DNA of 64,000 nucleotides from the NCBI GenBank assembly GCA_963932905.1, contig CAWVRN010000020.1:17332-81331 (forward strand), given 5' to 3'. The number at the start of each line of letters is the position of its first letter. The stretch's first letter is position 1. The DNA comes from an uncultured Bdellovibrio sp. (GTDB taxonomy: Bacteria; Bdellovibrionota; Bdellovibrionia; Bdellovibrionales; Bdellovibrionaceae). Positions 1 to 8,165 of this stretch are shown piece after piece. The notes beneath the pieces are model-generated. The model had not been told where the DNA came from. It worked only from the letters and a program-made list of their open reading frames with translations, and did not search any database. The position numbers and the translations under genes are program-made.

Positions 1-227
1 TCTTCAAGTTGAACAAGCTCATCTAGTACACAATTTAGATTTTCTGGTAAAAAATCGGTTGGTTTTAAAAAGTGTAAATGATTTTCAAAGTGATCGCCAT
101 CGACATTTCTACCAATTAATTTTTTTATCGAACGACCAGCCGTTTGAATTTTGTATTCGCCGTCCACAATAAAACTAAAAGGGAATATTTTCTCCAATGT
201 TGAAAGCTGAAGGCTGAGTCTTTTCAT
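1..227 (-). CDS. N-terminal fragment of an H-NOX-associated (HNOBA/PAS-like) protein, probably a histidine kinase or cyclase; runs off the window edge; not in the ORF track
   Basis: Hand translation from ATG 227: MKRLSLQLSTLEKIFPFSFIVDGEYKIQTAGRSIKKL..., open to position 1. 'FPF.F..D....I..AG.S' resembles the HNOBA N-terminus. Start overlaps the H-NOX stop (TAATG). Confidence 0.7.
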   Translation of the reverse strand, partial: MKRLSLQLSTLEKIFPFSFIVDGEYKIQTAGRSIKKLIGRNVDGDHFENHLHFLKPTDFLPENLNCVLDELVQLE

Positions 228-763
228 TATTTACCCACGATTTCTAAGGTAAAAATCTTTCTTTCATTTATTTCGCTATAGTTGATTTCTACTTTGGTAT
301 TATATTTTATTGCTAAACCTTCAAGTAGGCCTTGAACCATAGGTGAAAGACCTGAACGTTTTGACTTATATTCTAATTGGAATTTTGTATCAGAGAGTTC
401 GGTGAAAATGAAACTTGGCGGGGATAACTTTGGCATTGTCATGCCCATTCTGGAATGCAGGTGATTCAAATTTTTTAAGCAAGATTTGAAATCTTCACCA
501 AACAGGTCCATTATCGGCCCGTAGCCTTCTTTGGCAGTATATAGGATCCAATATTTCCCGAACTCTCCAAGGATCTTCTCTGGTTGTAAGTTCAATTTTT
601 TTGAAACCGCCGCGACCAGACGATAGGTTGTTTCGTCCTCATAATACTGCATCGAGATATATTCGTCTGGAGCATTCGCATCTAGGCATATTTGCGTCCA
701 TGTTTCTTGATTAGATAAGCTTAGAACTAAATCTTTAATTCCTTGATTGACAAGACCATACAT
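227..763 (-). CDS. H-NOX (heme NO-binding) protein
   Basis: MYGLVN start with AAGGAG RBS (track ORF starts at 808). FGKYW, proximal His (LNHLHSR), PP and YxSxR (YKSKR) motifs. Confidence 0.95.
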   Translation of the reverse strand: MYGLVNQGIKDLVLSLSNQETWTQICLDANAPDEYISMQYYEDETTYRLVAAVSKKLNLQPEKILGEFGKYWILYTAKEGYGPIMDLFGEDFKSCLKNLNHLHSRMGMTMPKLSPPSFIFTELSDTKFQLEYKSKRSGLSPMVQGLLEGLAIKYNTKVEINYSEINERKIFTLEIVGK

Positions 764-904
764 ACAAACACTCCTTCGTTTGACTTGATTGTTGTATATC
801 TGCACCAAAATAATTAATTAGTATTTTGAAGAAATCTTAACAAAACTCTAGAGAAAAGCGGTCAGCTTTATCCTATTATAGGTAAGCATATAGAAGGAGT
901 TCGT

Positions 905-1294
905 ATGGCCGACAAGGCTCAAGTTTCGGTATTAGTTGCAGAAGATAACGAAGTTAATCAGAAAATAATTGCGAAAATTCTTTCTAAAAATGGTATCGAT
1001 TACAAGATTGTTTCCAATGGTGAGCAAGCGATCGATATGTATCAAATTGGGAGCTATGGTTTAATTTTAATGGATTGCCAAATGCCTATCATGGATGGAT
1101 TGGTGGCCACCGAGAGAATACGGGAATTCGAAAAAACAAATGGAAAGGGGCGAGTACCTATAGTTGCGTTAACAGCAAATGCAATGAAAGGCGACAGAGA
1201 AAAGTGCATGGAAAGAGGTATGGATGACTTTCTACCTAAACCATTTCGAATGAATCAGTTGTTGGACTTAATTAAACACTGGACTACGCCGTGA
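905..1294 (+). CDS. Stand-alone receiver (CheY-like) protein of the hybrid-kinase REC type
   Basis: AEDN...LILMDCQMP...ALTANA...GMDDFLPKP; AAGGAG RBS. Confidence 0.9.
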   Translation: MADKAQVSVLVAEDNEVNQKIIAKILSKNGIDYKIVSNGEQAIDMYQIGSYGLILMDCQMPIMDGLVATERIREFEKTNGKGRVPIVALTANAMKGDREKCMERGMDDFLPKPFRMNQLLDLIKHWTTP

Positions 1295-1372
1295 TAGGAA
1301 GACAATTTTCAGGTGAAAGGTATTTATAAAAAATGAAAAAAAATAGATTAATCACAAGGATTGGAGATTAAT

Positions 1373-1774
1373 ATGAGACGAATAGTTATTGTAGATGATA
1401 GTCCCATTTTTCATAGGATCATGGAAAGTATTCTCAAACCGTATTTCCAAGTAGTAGGTAAAGGGTTTTCCGGATTGGAGGCCATTGACCTGTATACAAA
1501 AATGAAACCAGATTTGTTGTTGCTTGATATTACGATGCCTAATTGTGACGGCAAAGAATCATTGCAAAAAATTTTGTCTCTGTTTCCCAATGCAACGATC
1601 GTAATGGTTTCGGGGATCGGTGATATGGACACAGTGAAAGAATGCCTCGAACTAGGTGCCAAAGCATTTGTAAATAAAGGACAAATTTCAGCTACAAAAC
1701 CCGAAAACTGCGAACTTCTAAAAGTGGTAAATTATGTTTTGGATGGCAACACCGAAAAAGTGAGAGTCGCATGA
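1373..1774 (+). CDS. CheY-like single-domain response regulator
   Basis: IVDDS...PDLLLLDITMP...VMVS...GAKAFVNK; ATG 1373 follows GGAG (track ORF starts at 1361). Confidence 0.9.
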   Translation: MRRIVIVDDSPIFHRIMESILKPYFQVVGKGFSGLEAIDLYTKMKPDLLLLDITMPNCDGKESLQKILSLFPNATIVMVSGIGDMDTVKECLELGAKAFVNKGQISATKPENCELLKVVNYVLDGNTEKVRVA

Positions 1775-3897
1775 GCGGTTTAGACATGAATAGAATAGAT
1801 TTAAAGAAAACATGTGGTGCTTATTCGGGTTCAATTCAACGAACATTGAAAGATTTGTTTGCGATTGACGTTGAGTCAAATGTAAATTCAGCGTCCACGA
1901 CAAAATTGAAGGAACAGGATAATCTATATTTTTCAATACTGTTTACTGGACAAGTTTATGGAGAGTTTTTAATTGGTCTGTCCAGAAAAACGGCCATCAA
2001 CATGTTAGGAATTCCCTACACACAAGAAAATGAAAAAGAAATTTATGAGGCCAACAGGGCGGTTATCTTAGATACCTTTAAAGAAGTTGTTAATATTGCC
2101 GCCGGATCAACTCTGGCATCTTTTAAAGAGGTATTTGAGGGATTGTCAATAACGCCTCCGCGGTCGATAGAGGGATATATAACGTTATCCTCTTATCAAA
2201 TCGAAGCTGTGTCATTGCATCACCAGTTCGGGGATTTATCTTGTTACATATACGTAGACTACATGCGATTGGATATCGTCAACACACTGACAAAAAAAGA
2301 AAATCTGATAAAGGCCGAAAAAGAGAAACAGGAAGAATTAAAACGGTTAAACAAAGCAAAATCACAATTTCTTGCGAATATGAGTCACGAACTAAGAACT
2401 CCCCTTAACGGAATTATTGGAATGTTAGACGTCTTGAAGACTTCACCTTTAGATCAAGCGCAGTTAGAGCAATTTGATGTCATTTATCGAAGCGGAGAAT
2501 TTTTACTTACCTTGATTAGTGATATACTAGAATTTTCGAAAATTGAATCGGGAAAGTTGGAAATTGAAAAGCGGTCTTTTGATTTAAGGAATGCTTTAGA
2601 GACGGTAGTAGAAAGTTTAACATCTGTTATTCAAAGAAGAAATTTGGATTTTATAGTGAAAATTTCTCCTCTTATTTATGGCACTTATATTGGAGACGAA
2701 ACACGCATTAAGCAAATTTTAATTAATTTACTTGGCAATGCTGCTAAATTTACTCCATCTGGATCAATAACTTTGTCTGTAGGAGCCAATAAGGATTCTA
2801 AAATCGAAATCAAAGTAATCGACACAGGAATAGGGATTCCTGCAGAGAAGTTAGAGACTATCTTTGGTTCCTTTAGCCAAGCTGATGTTTCTGATAACAG
2901 AAAATACGGAGGAACTGGTTTAGGCTTATCTATAACTAAATCTTTTGCAACAGCTATGGGGGGAACTATATCAGTCGAAAGTGAAGAAGCAAAAGGAACT
3001 TGTTTTACGGTTCAGTTACCTATCCAAAAAACAGACTTTTCTGTAGCGTTTCCAAAAGAAAGAAATTCAATATCGGACTCAAAAGTATTTGTGTTAACTC
3101 ATAATAATAGACTGTTTGAATCCCTGAACGAAAACTTATGGGTAGTGGCTCCACTGGTAAGTATAGAAAGAATTGATTCCGACTATTCTAGCCATTTTGA
3201 TTTTAAAGATAGGGTGTTTTTGGATTTTCAAACTGTTAAAGAATATTGCTCTACGGCACTTGAAACGACTCCTCTATGGAAAAACATTAGAGACCAAAAC
3301 GTATCTGTTGTACTGCTTGTACAGCCGAGATTTTTAGGCGAAGCCAATCAGCTTTTGACGAAACTGACGCACCCAAAAATATCCATTCTTACTGTGCCAA
3401 TCCTATTAGGAAAAGTTTCAAAAATTTTAAGTAATCCGTCTGTTCTTGAAGTCACCAAAAAAGAGAATAAAGTGCCTCAGAAAGATAATCTGAATTTAGA
3501 AGCGTCTGAAAAAAAGATATTAGTAGTTGAAGATAATCCAACCAATCAGCTTGTTATAGAAAACTTACTAAAAAAACTAAATTACAGATGTCAGATCGTG
3601 AACGATGGTAAGGAAGCGGTGGAATTAATCGAAAAGGGAAAGACCTTTGATTTAATTTTTATGGACTGTCAAATGCCTATCATGAACGGATATGATGCGA
3701 CCAAGGCAATTAGAAATTACGAAAAAGAATCAAACATCCATACCGTGATAATAGCTCTAACTGCCAATGCCTTTAGAGAAACAAAAGAAGAGTGTTTTGA
3801 AGCAGGCATGGATGACTTTGCAACTAAACCGTTAAAGCGAGAACTTCTTGAAGAGATACTCACTAGAACATTTAAAGGAAGAGCCGGGGGTAACTAG
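1771..3897 (+). CDS. Soluble hybrid histidine kinase: CheC/CheX-like domain + HisKA + HATPase + degenerate REC + REC
   Basis: KEVVNIAAG (E-x2-N); H-box FLANMSHELRTPLN; N-box NLLGNAAKFT; DTGIG; GGTGLGL; C-terminal VVEDN...MDCQMP...TKP; no TM segment. Confidence 0.9.
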   Translation: MSGLDMNRIDLKKTCGAYSGSIQRTLKDLFAIDVESNVNSASTTKLKEQDNLYFSILFTGQVYGEFLIGLSRKTAINMLGIPYTQENEKEIYEANRAVILDTFKEVVNIAAGSTLASFKEVFEGLSITPPRSIEGYITLSSYQIEAVSLHHQFGDLSCYIYVDYMRLDIVNTLTKKENLIKAEKEKQEELKRLNKAKSQFLANMSHELRTPLNGIIGMLDVLKTSPLDQAQLEQFDVIYRSGEFLLTLISDILEFSKIESGKLEIEKRSFDLRNALETVVESLTSVIQRRNLDFIVKISPLIYGTYIGDETRIKQILINLLGNAAKFTPSGSITLSVGANKDSKIEIKVIDTGIGIPAEKLETIFGSFSQADVSDNRKYGGTGLGLSITKSFATAMGGTISVESEEAKGTCFTVQLPIQKTDFSVAFPKERNSISDSKVFVLTHNNRLFESLNENLWVVAPLVSIERIDSDYSSHFDFKDRVFLDFQTVKEYCSTALETTPLWKNIRDQNVSVVLLVQPRFLGEANQLLTKLTHPKISILTVPILLGKVSKILSNPSVLEVTKKENKVPQKDNLNLEASEKKILVVEDNPTNQLVIENLLKKLNYRCQIVNDGKEAVELIEKGKTFDLIFMDCQMPIMNGYDATKAIRNYEKESNIHTVIIALTANAFRETKEECFEAGMDDFATKPLKRELLEEILTRTFKGRAGGN

Positions 3898-3977
3898 TAT
3901 CAAAATGAGCCACTAGTTTTGATCGATCAAAATTTTATGATAAAATATACTTAGATCAAAAAAAAGGTGGCACGTTT

Positions 3978-4673
3978 ATGGATGATTTAATTTTGGTTGT
4001 TGAGGACTCTCTATCCTGTCAAAAGATTGCGGTAAATACTTTAAAAAATATTGGTGAGGTAAAAGCTGTTAGAACCCTACAGGAGGCTAGAGACTATTTG
4101 TTAAATAATTCGGTAAAATTAGTGATACTAGACATCGAGTTGCCGGACGGGAATGGCTTAGAATTTTTTAGTGAGTTGCAAACAAAAATGAATTTTCCTG
4201 AGACACCGGTCATAGTGACTTCTGGTAGTAGTGATATCTGCACAAAAGTAACAGCATTTTCATACGGGGCGGAGGACTATTTGGTAAAGCCCTATTCACC
4301 AATGGAACTCCGGGCAAGAATTGAGAGGGTTTTTCGTTCTGGAAGGTCAGGGTCGTTATTCAGAGAATTGAAATCAGGCTTAACCCTTGATTTTAATAAA
4401 TTTAAAGCAACTTATTTGGAGAAAGAGGAAGAAGTCGATTTAAATTTAACACCCCACGAATTTAAAATTCTAAGTTTGTTTTTGAAAAATCCCGAAAATG
4501 TCTATTCCCGAGAAAAAATATTGGACCTGGTGTGGGGCCATGATGTTTATCTAAATGAAAGAACCGTAGATACCCACATTTCTTCACTGAGAAAAAAATT
4601 AGGCAATTTAGGCATTTCTATAGTAACAATTCGAGGAGACGGATATAAATCGGCTTTTAAGAAACCCGCCTGA
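3978..4673 (+). CDS. OmpR/PhoB-family response regulator
   Basis: REC (VVED, ILDIELPDG, KPY) plus winged HTH (LTPHEFKIL...SRE...RTVDTHISSLRKKL...IRGDGY). Confidence 0.93.
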   Translation: MDDLILVVEDSLSCQKIAVNTLKNIGEVKAVRTLQEARDYLLNNSVKLVILDIELPDGNGLEFFSELQTKMNFPETPVIVTSGSSDICTKVTAFSYGAEDYLVKPYSPMELRARIERVFRSGRSGSLFRELKSGLTLDFNKFKATYLEKEEEVDLNLTPHEFKILSLFLKNPENVYSREKILDLVWGHDVYLNERTVDTHISSLRKKLGNLGISIVTIRGDGYKSAFKKPA

Positions 4674-4829
4674 TAGGTACTTACTGGCCTTCTAAAAACT
4701 GGATCGTTGACAAGCGGACTGTGAATCGTTGGTCTCGCTTGCAAAAAGAGTCTGCGAAAGTAAAAACCGAAAAAAGCATTGCCTATTCAAAGCAACATTT
4801 TGCTTACAATTTTTTAATTCAGCTCTCTG

Positions 4830-4852
4830 CCGTCTCAAAAAAATTGAGATGG
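4830..4852. terminator. Hairpin between convergent genes (possible terminator)
   Basis: CCGTCTCAA-AAAAA-TTGAGATGG, one G-T pair. Confidence 0.35.
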
Positions 4853-4976
4853 TTAAAAGCAGAAAACCGTCATCGGATAACCAACCTAAAGAAGAATAAG
4901 ATCATTCTTAATTCAATTTTTGGGTGGGGCCTCTAAGTCAAATCATTGAAGCAAATTTAACTTATACAGTTATAAC

Positions 4977-5813
4977 CTACTTTACCTGCTGTTCGCCTGG
5001 GTCTAGTTTAAAGTTTCCATCCTCGTCTAATCCTAAAGTCGATTCCGTTTCAAAACCCTTTCTAAAACACGTAAACAGGTCACTAGCGCTTGGGTCGATG
5101 GTGGGGCATGGATTGGAGGCTGGAACTCGATTGGTATCATCAATAGCATTGTTTGAAGTTATAATCGAAAGATTCATTTTTTTAATTAAGTTAGCTACTT
5201 TAAGCTCAACTAGAAGTGTTTTGTTTTCCAATGGCGTAACGGCAGTAGCTCCAGAAATTTGAGACTCTGATTCATCAAAGGTCGAAAATGAAAAACCATG
5301 CCCATTCACTGTTCCTTCAACATAAAGACTCTTGTTCAATAATCCTGAAGGTGCACCTTCTGGTAGGGTGGATGTCCGAATTAATTTCATTTTAATTCTG
5401 CGAATTTCTTTAATTCCGACTTGATTAGAGCCCAATATGGTAGGTGCTTCGGAAAACAAATTGACCGTGTAAGGGCCTTTGAAGTCAACGTTTGAACCTG
5501 TCTCTTCCCCTGATTCAACGTTTTCGGCAGTTTTGAATTCGAGCTCGCCAATAGTGATCCAGTTTTTGTTCAATTGAACTGAATTTCCTGCAGAATCAGT
5601 CAATGATGTTGGCGCCGGAAACGCAAATAATTTAGGTATCAATAATTCTATGAGATGCTTTGGGTTATGCCTGAAATACACCGTTGAAACGGTTGAAGAG
5701 CTGGTCAGTGCGGCCGAGATTGAAGGATTTCCCGTCGTTGTGTTTTGAGACTTTTTTTGACAACTGAGTCCGAATATAAAAATTAAGAAAACTAAATTTG
5801 TTTTGAGTTTCAT
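4977..5813 (-). CDS. Hypothetical lipoprotein, paralog of 6746..7597
   Basis: Lipobox GLSC, S/T linker; shared blocks ELEFK, FKGPY.VNL, I.RIKMKL, C..ID.SA.DL.TC.RKG. Confidence 0.8.
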   Translation of the reverse strand: MKLKTNLVFLIFIFGLSCQKKSQNTTTGNPSISAALTSSSTVSTVYFRHNPKHLIELLIPKLFAFPAPTSLTDSAGNSVQLNKNWITIGELEFKTAENVESGEETGSNVDFKGPYTVNLFSEAPTILGSNQVGIKEIRRIKMKLIRTSTLPEGAPSGLLNKSLYVEGTVNGHGFSFSTFDESESQISGATAVTPLENKTLLVELKVANLIKKMNLSIITSNNAIDDTNRVPASNPCPTIDPSASDLFTCFRKGFETESTLGLDEDGNFKLDPGEQQVK

Positions 5814-6652
5814 TTTGTAGGCTCCTCTAACTGTGTAGTTAACAGCGGAAATGCGGCAATTTCGATGTGATAAACATTGTTCTTATCTAAACTTCCTTTG
5901 TTAACTTCGTTAATAGAATCGACTGCTCGTTGAATAATTTGTTTTATCTTTTCGAAGTCCTGTTTGTTGACAGCCATCGTTTGACCCATAATAAATCGTT
6001 CATCTCGTGTGCTTCTGTGGATCGACTCGTGGGCCAACTCAAGCATTTGTTTGTGAAATTCTCCCAAGCTGATTTTGTAAATGCCCTCAGTGCAATCAAG
6101 TCTTGGTGATGCCTGAGTCCAAGTACCGTTTGGATTTTCATTTATAAATTGATGTTGCTTTAAGAATTCGAGACTTTGCTCAATATCCGCTATGGTCAAT
6201 TTTCTCTTTAATCGCTTTTGAATATTTTCAGGGGTCATCTCAAAACCATCTAAATTGAACATTTCATAAATGGCAACATGATGCCACTTTGTCAGATAGT
6301 CGAATGTTCTATTTTCTGAAGCATTGACTGTTCTGAACTTTTTAAATTTCATCATTTCATTCAGGCAGTCCAAGCGAAGCTTTGGTTCTTCAGTTAGCCC
6401 TAAAACACGAAGTAAATTCATAAATTTTTTCTCGTCCTCTAGAAGTCCTAAATGGGGAGCTATCTTTAAAAATGCTTTTTCTGTTAAGCTTCGTTCTCGT
6501 TTTAAAATCATGTTCATATATCCGACAGCAACTCCGGTTTGCTTTGAAAAATTCCGAATAGAAAAGTCATTTTTTGTTTTCCGCAAATAAGTCAGCCAAT
6601 CATTCAAAAATTTCACTAAATCAAGGTATTGAAATATATTTGGTCTATCCAT
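5810..6652 (-). CDS. TIGR02147 / DUF4423 family protein with N-terminal HTH-like region
   Basis: IFQYLD..FL.D....RK....FSIR.FS; W(H/Y)H.AI.E; FHKQML.LA..SI....DER; VYHIEIAAFPL. Confidence 0.88.
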   Translation of the reverse strand: MDRPNIFQYLDLVKFLNDWLTYLRKTKNDFSIRNFSKQTGVAVGYMNMILKRERSLTEKAFLKIAPHLGLLEDEKKFMNLLRVLGLTEEPKLRLDCLNEMMKFKKFRTVNASENRTFDYLTKWHHVAIYEMFNLDGFEMTPENIQKRLKRKLTIADIEQSLEFLKQHQFINENPNGTWTQASPRLDCTEGIYKISLGEFHKQMLELAHESIHRSTRDERFIMGQTMAVNKQDFEKIKQIIQRAVDSINEVNKGSLDKNNVYHIEIAAFPLLTTQLEEPTK

Positions 6653-6745
6653 TTTTCTTTCATTTACGGACGGCCATCGAAAGATGGCCGTCTCAAAAAG
6701 TGACTTACTTATTTCAAATAAATCACATTCTTTTTATATCTATTG

Positions 6746-7597
6746 CTACTTTACTTTATCCTCATCTGCATCTAATGAGCTATCACCATTTTTATCCAAA
6801 CCTAGGTTGGCATGCTTTTCCAAACCTTTTCGAATGCAGGTATACAAATCATTAGCACTGGTATCAATCGACGTGCACAAGTTTGATCCAGTATGTCTAT
6901 TATTGTGGTCTATGACCTCGTTATTAGTCACCGAAGATAGATCAATCTGCTTGAAAATATTTGCTATCTGTATCTCCACCATGATTTGAGAATTTTCAGA
7001 AGGTTGAAATGCCGACGATCCGCCAATCTGATATTCCGTGCCATCATCCAATTGGAACGTGAAATTTCGTCCCCCTACGGACCCGGCCATGTATATGCTA
7101 TTGCTAGCTAGTCCGGCCGGAGCATCGGTTGGTAGTTGGGCTTGAGTCGCTTCGAGTTTCATTTTAATTCGTTTTATACTTTTTTTAGTAATACTCTGTG
7201 TATCCAATGCCTGCGGTGCTGAAGAAAGTAGGTTCACAAAATATGGTCCTTTAAATGAAACCTCGGATTGGCTATCCTCTGAGCCGCCCGCCGTTTCTTC
7301 TGATTTAAACTCGATCTCTTTTATAACTGTCCACGCACTGGAAAGTGTGATCGCAGAGCCCTGGGCGTCGACAATCGAAGTCGGAACTAATGCGTGCGCA
7401 GTCTTGATAAGGACATTCCACAGTGTTGGCTTTTGACTGCTCGCTACCGAGGCGGTCGATGCGGACCCAGTCATCTTGAATGACGAGGTTACCTGTGTCG
7501 TTCCTGAGTCGTTCTTGCTTGAACAGCTGATCATCGTTCCACAAACAGCTAAGGTTAGAATTGACTTGATAGACTGAAATGTTTCTTGTTTCTTCAT
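6746..7597 (-). CDS. Hypothetical lipoprotein, paralog of 4977..5813
   Basis: Lipobox MISC, AAGGAG RBS, same conserved blocks as its paralog. Confidence 0.8.
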   Translation of the reverse strand: MKKQETFQSIKSILTLAVCGTMISCSSKNDSGTTQVTSSFKMTGSASTASVASSQKPTLWNVLIKTAHALVPTSIVDAQGSAITLSSAWTVIKEIEFKSEETAGGSEDSQSEVSFKGPYFVNLLSSAPQALDTQSITKKSIKRIKMKLEATQAQLPTDAPAGLASNSIYMAGSVGGRNFTFQLDDGTEYQIGGSSAFQPSENSQIMVEIQIANIFKQIDLSSVTNNEVIDHNNRHTGSNLCTSIDTSANDLYTCIRKGLEKHANLGLDKNGDSSLDADEDKVK

Positions 7598-8165
7598 TTT
7601 AAACTCCTTTTTTGTTTCTAATTTGAGCTCCTCATGAGTCCCAAATCATCACAAATACAGTCTAACATTTTAATGTGTTTCGTTCAATTATGTGAACGTT
7701 ATAATCATACAAATGTACATATTAATCAATAATAACATATATTTATATACGTATTGAAATGATAATATTTAATTTGTATCTGATAAATGTGAACAGTGTG
7801 AGCGTATTTTTTTTGAGACAGAAGTTTCTAGTTTGAGGGAGCGCTTGAAAGATGTATGGGTTAGACCACAAATAGGGGAAGGGACCATGAGGGGAGAACA
7901 GACCAACACCGCTTAGAACTCGCTGCTGGTCGAGGAACTTGCCTGCTAAAATTGCTGGATTCGAGATGACTCGGATGGGGCGGGCTCACCACTGGTTATT
8001 GGTTTGCCGGCAAGATATGCTTTAATAGCTTTAGTTAGGCGATCATCATCCTGAATCTTCCCCCCGAAGTCATTCAGGAGTTTTTGAAATTCCTCCGGGG
8101 ATTTGATCCACTACCAATCGAAATCTATTTGAGCGGTCACTAGATCAAGTCCTAACTTCTATACT

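Noticed and set aside
4721..4936. 71-aa + strand ORF after the OmpR gene
   Set aside because: GTG start without an RBS, no motif, and it crosses a hairpin; likely spurious.
7850..8160. Moderately GC-rich intergenic stretch with a ~54-codon stop-free minus frame (WIKSPEEFQKLL...)
   Set aside because: No start codon, no recognisable homology or RNA structure; may be a gene remnant but this cannot be supported.
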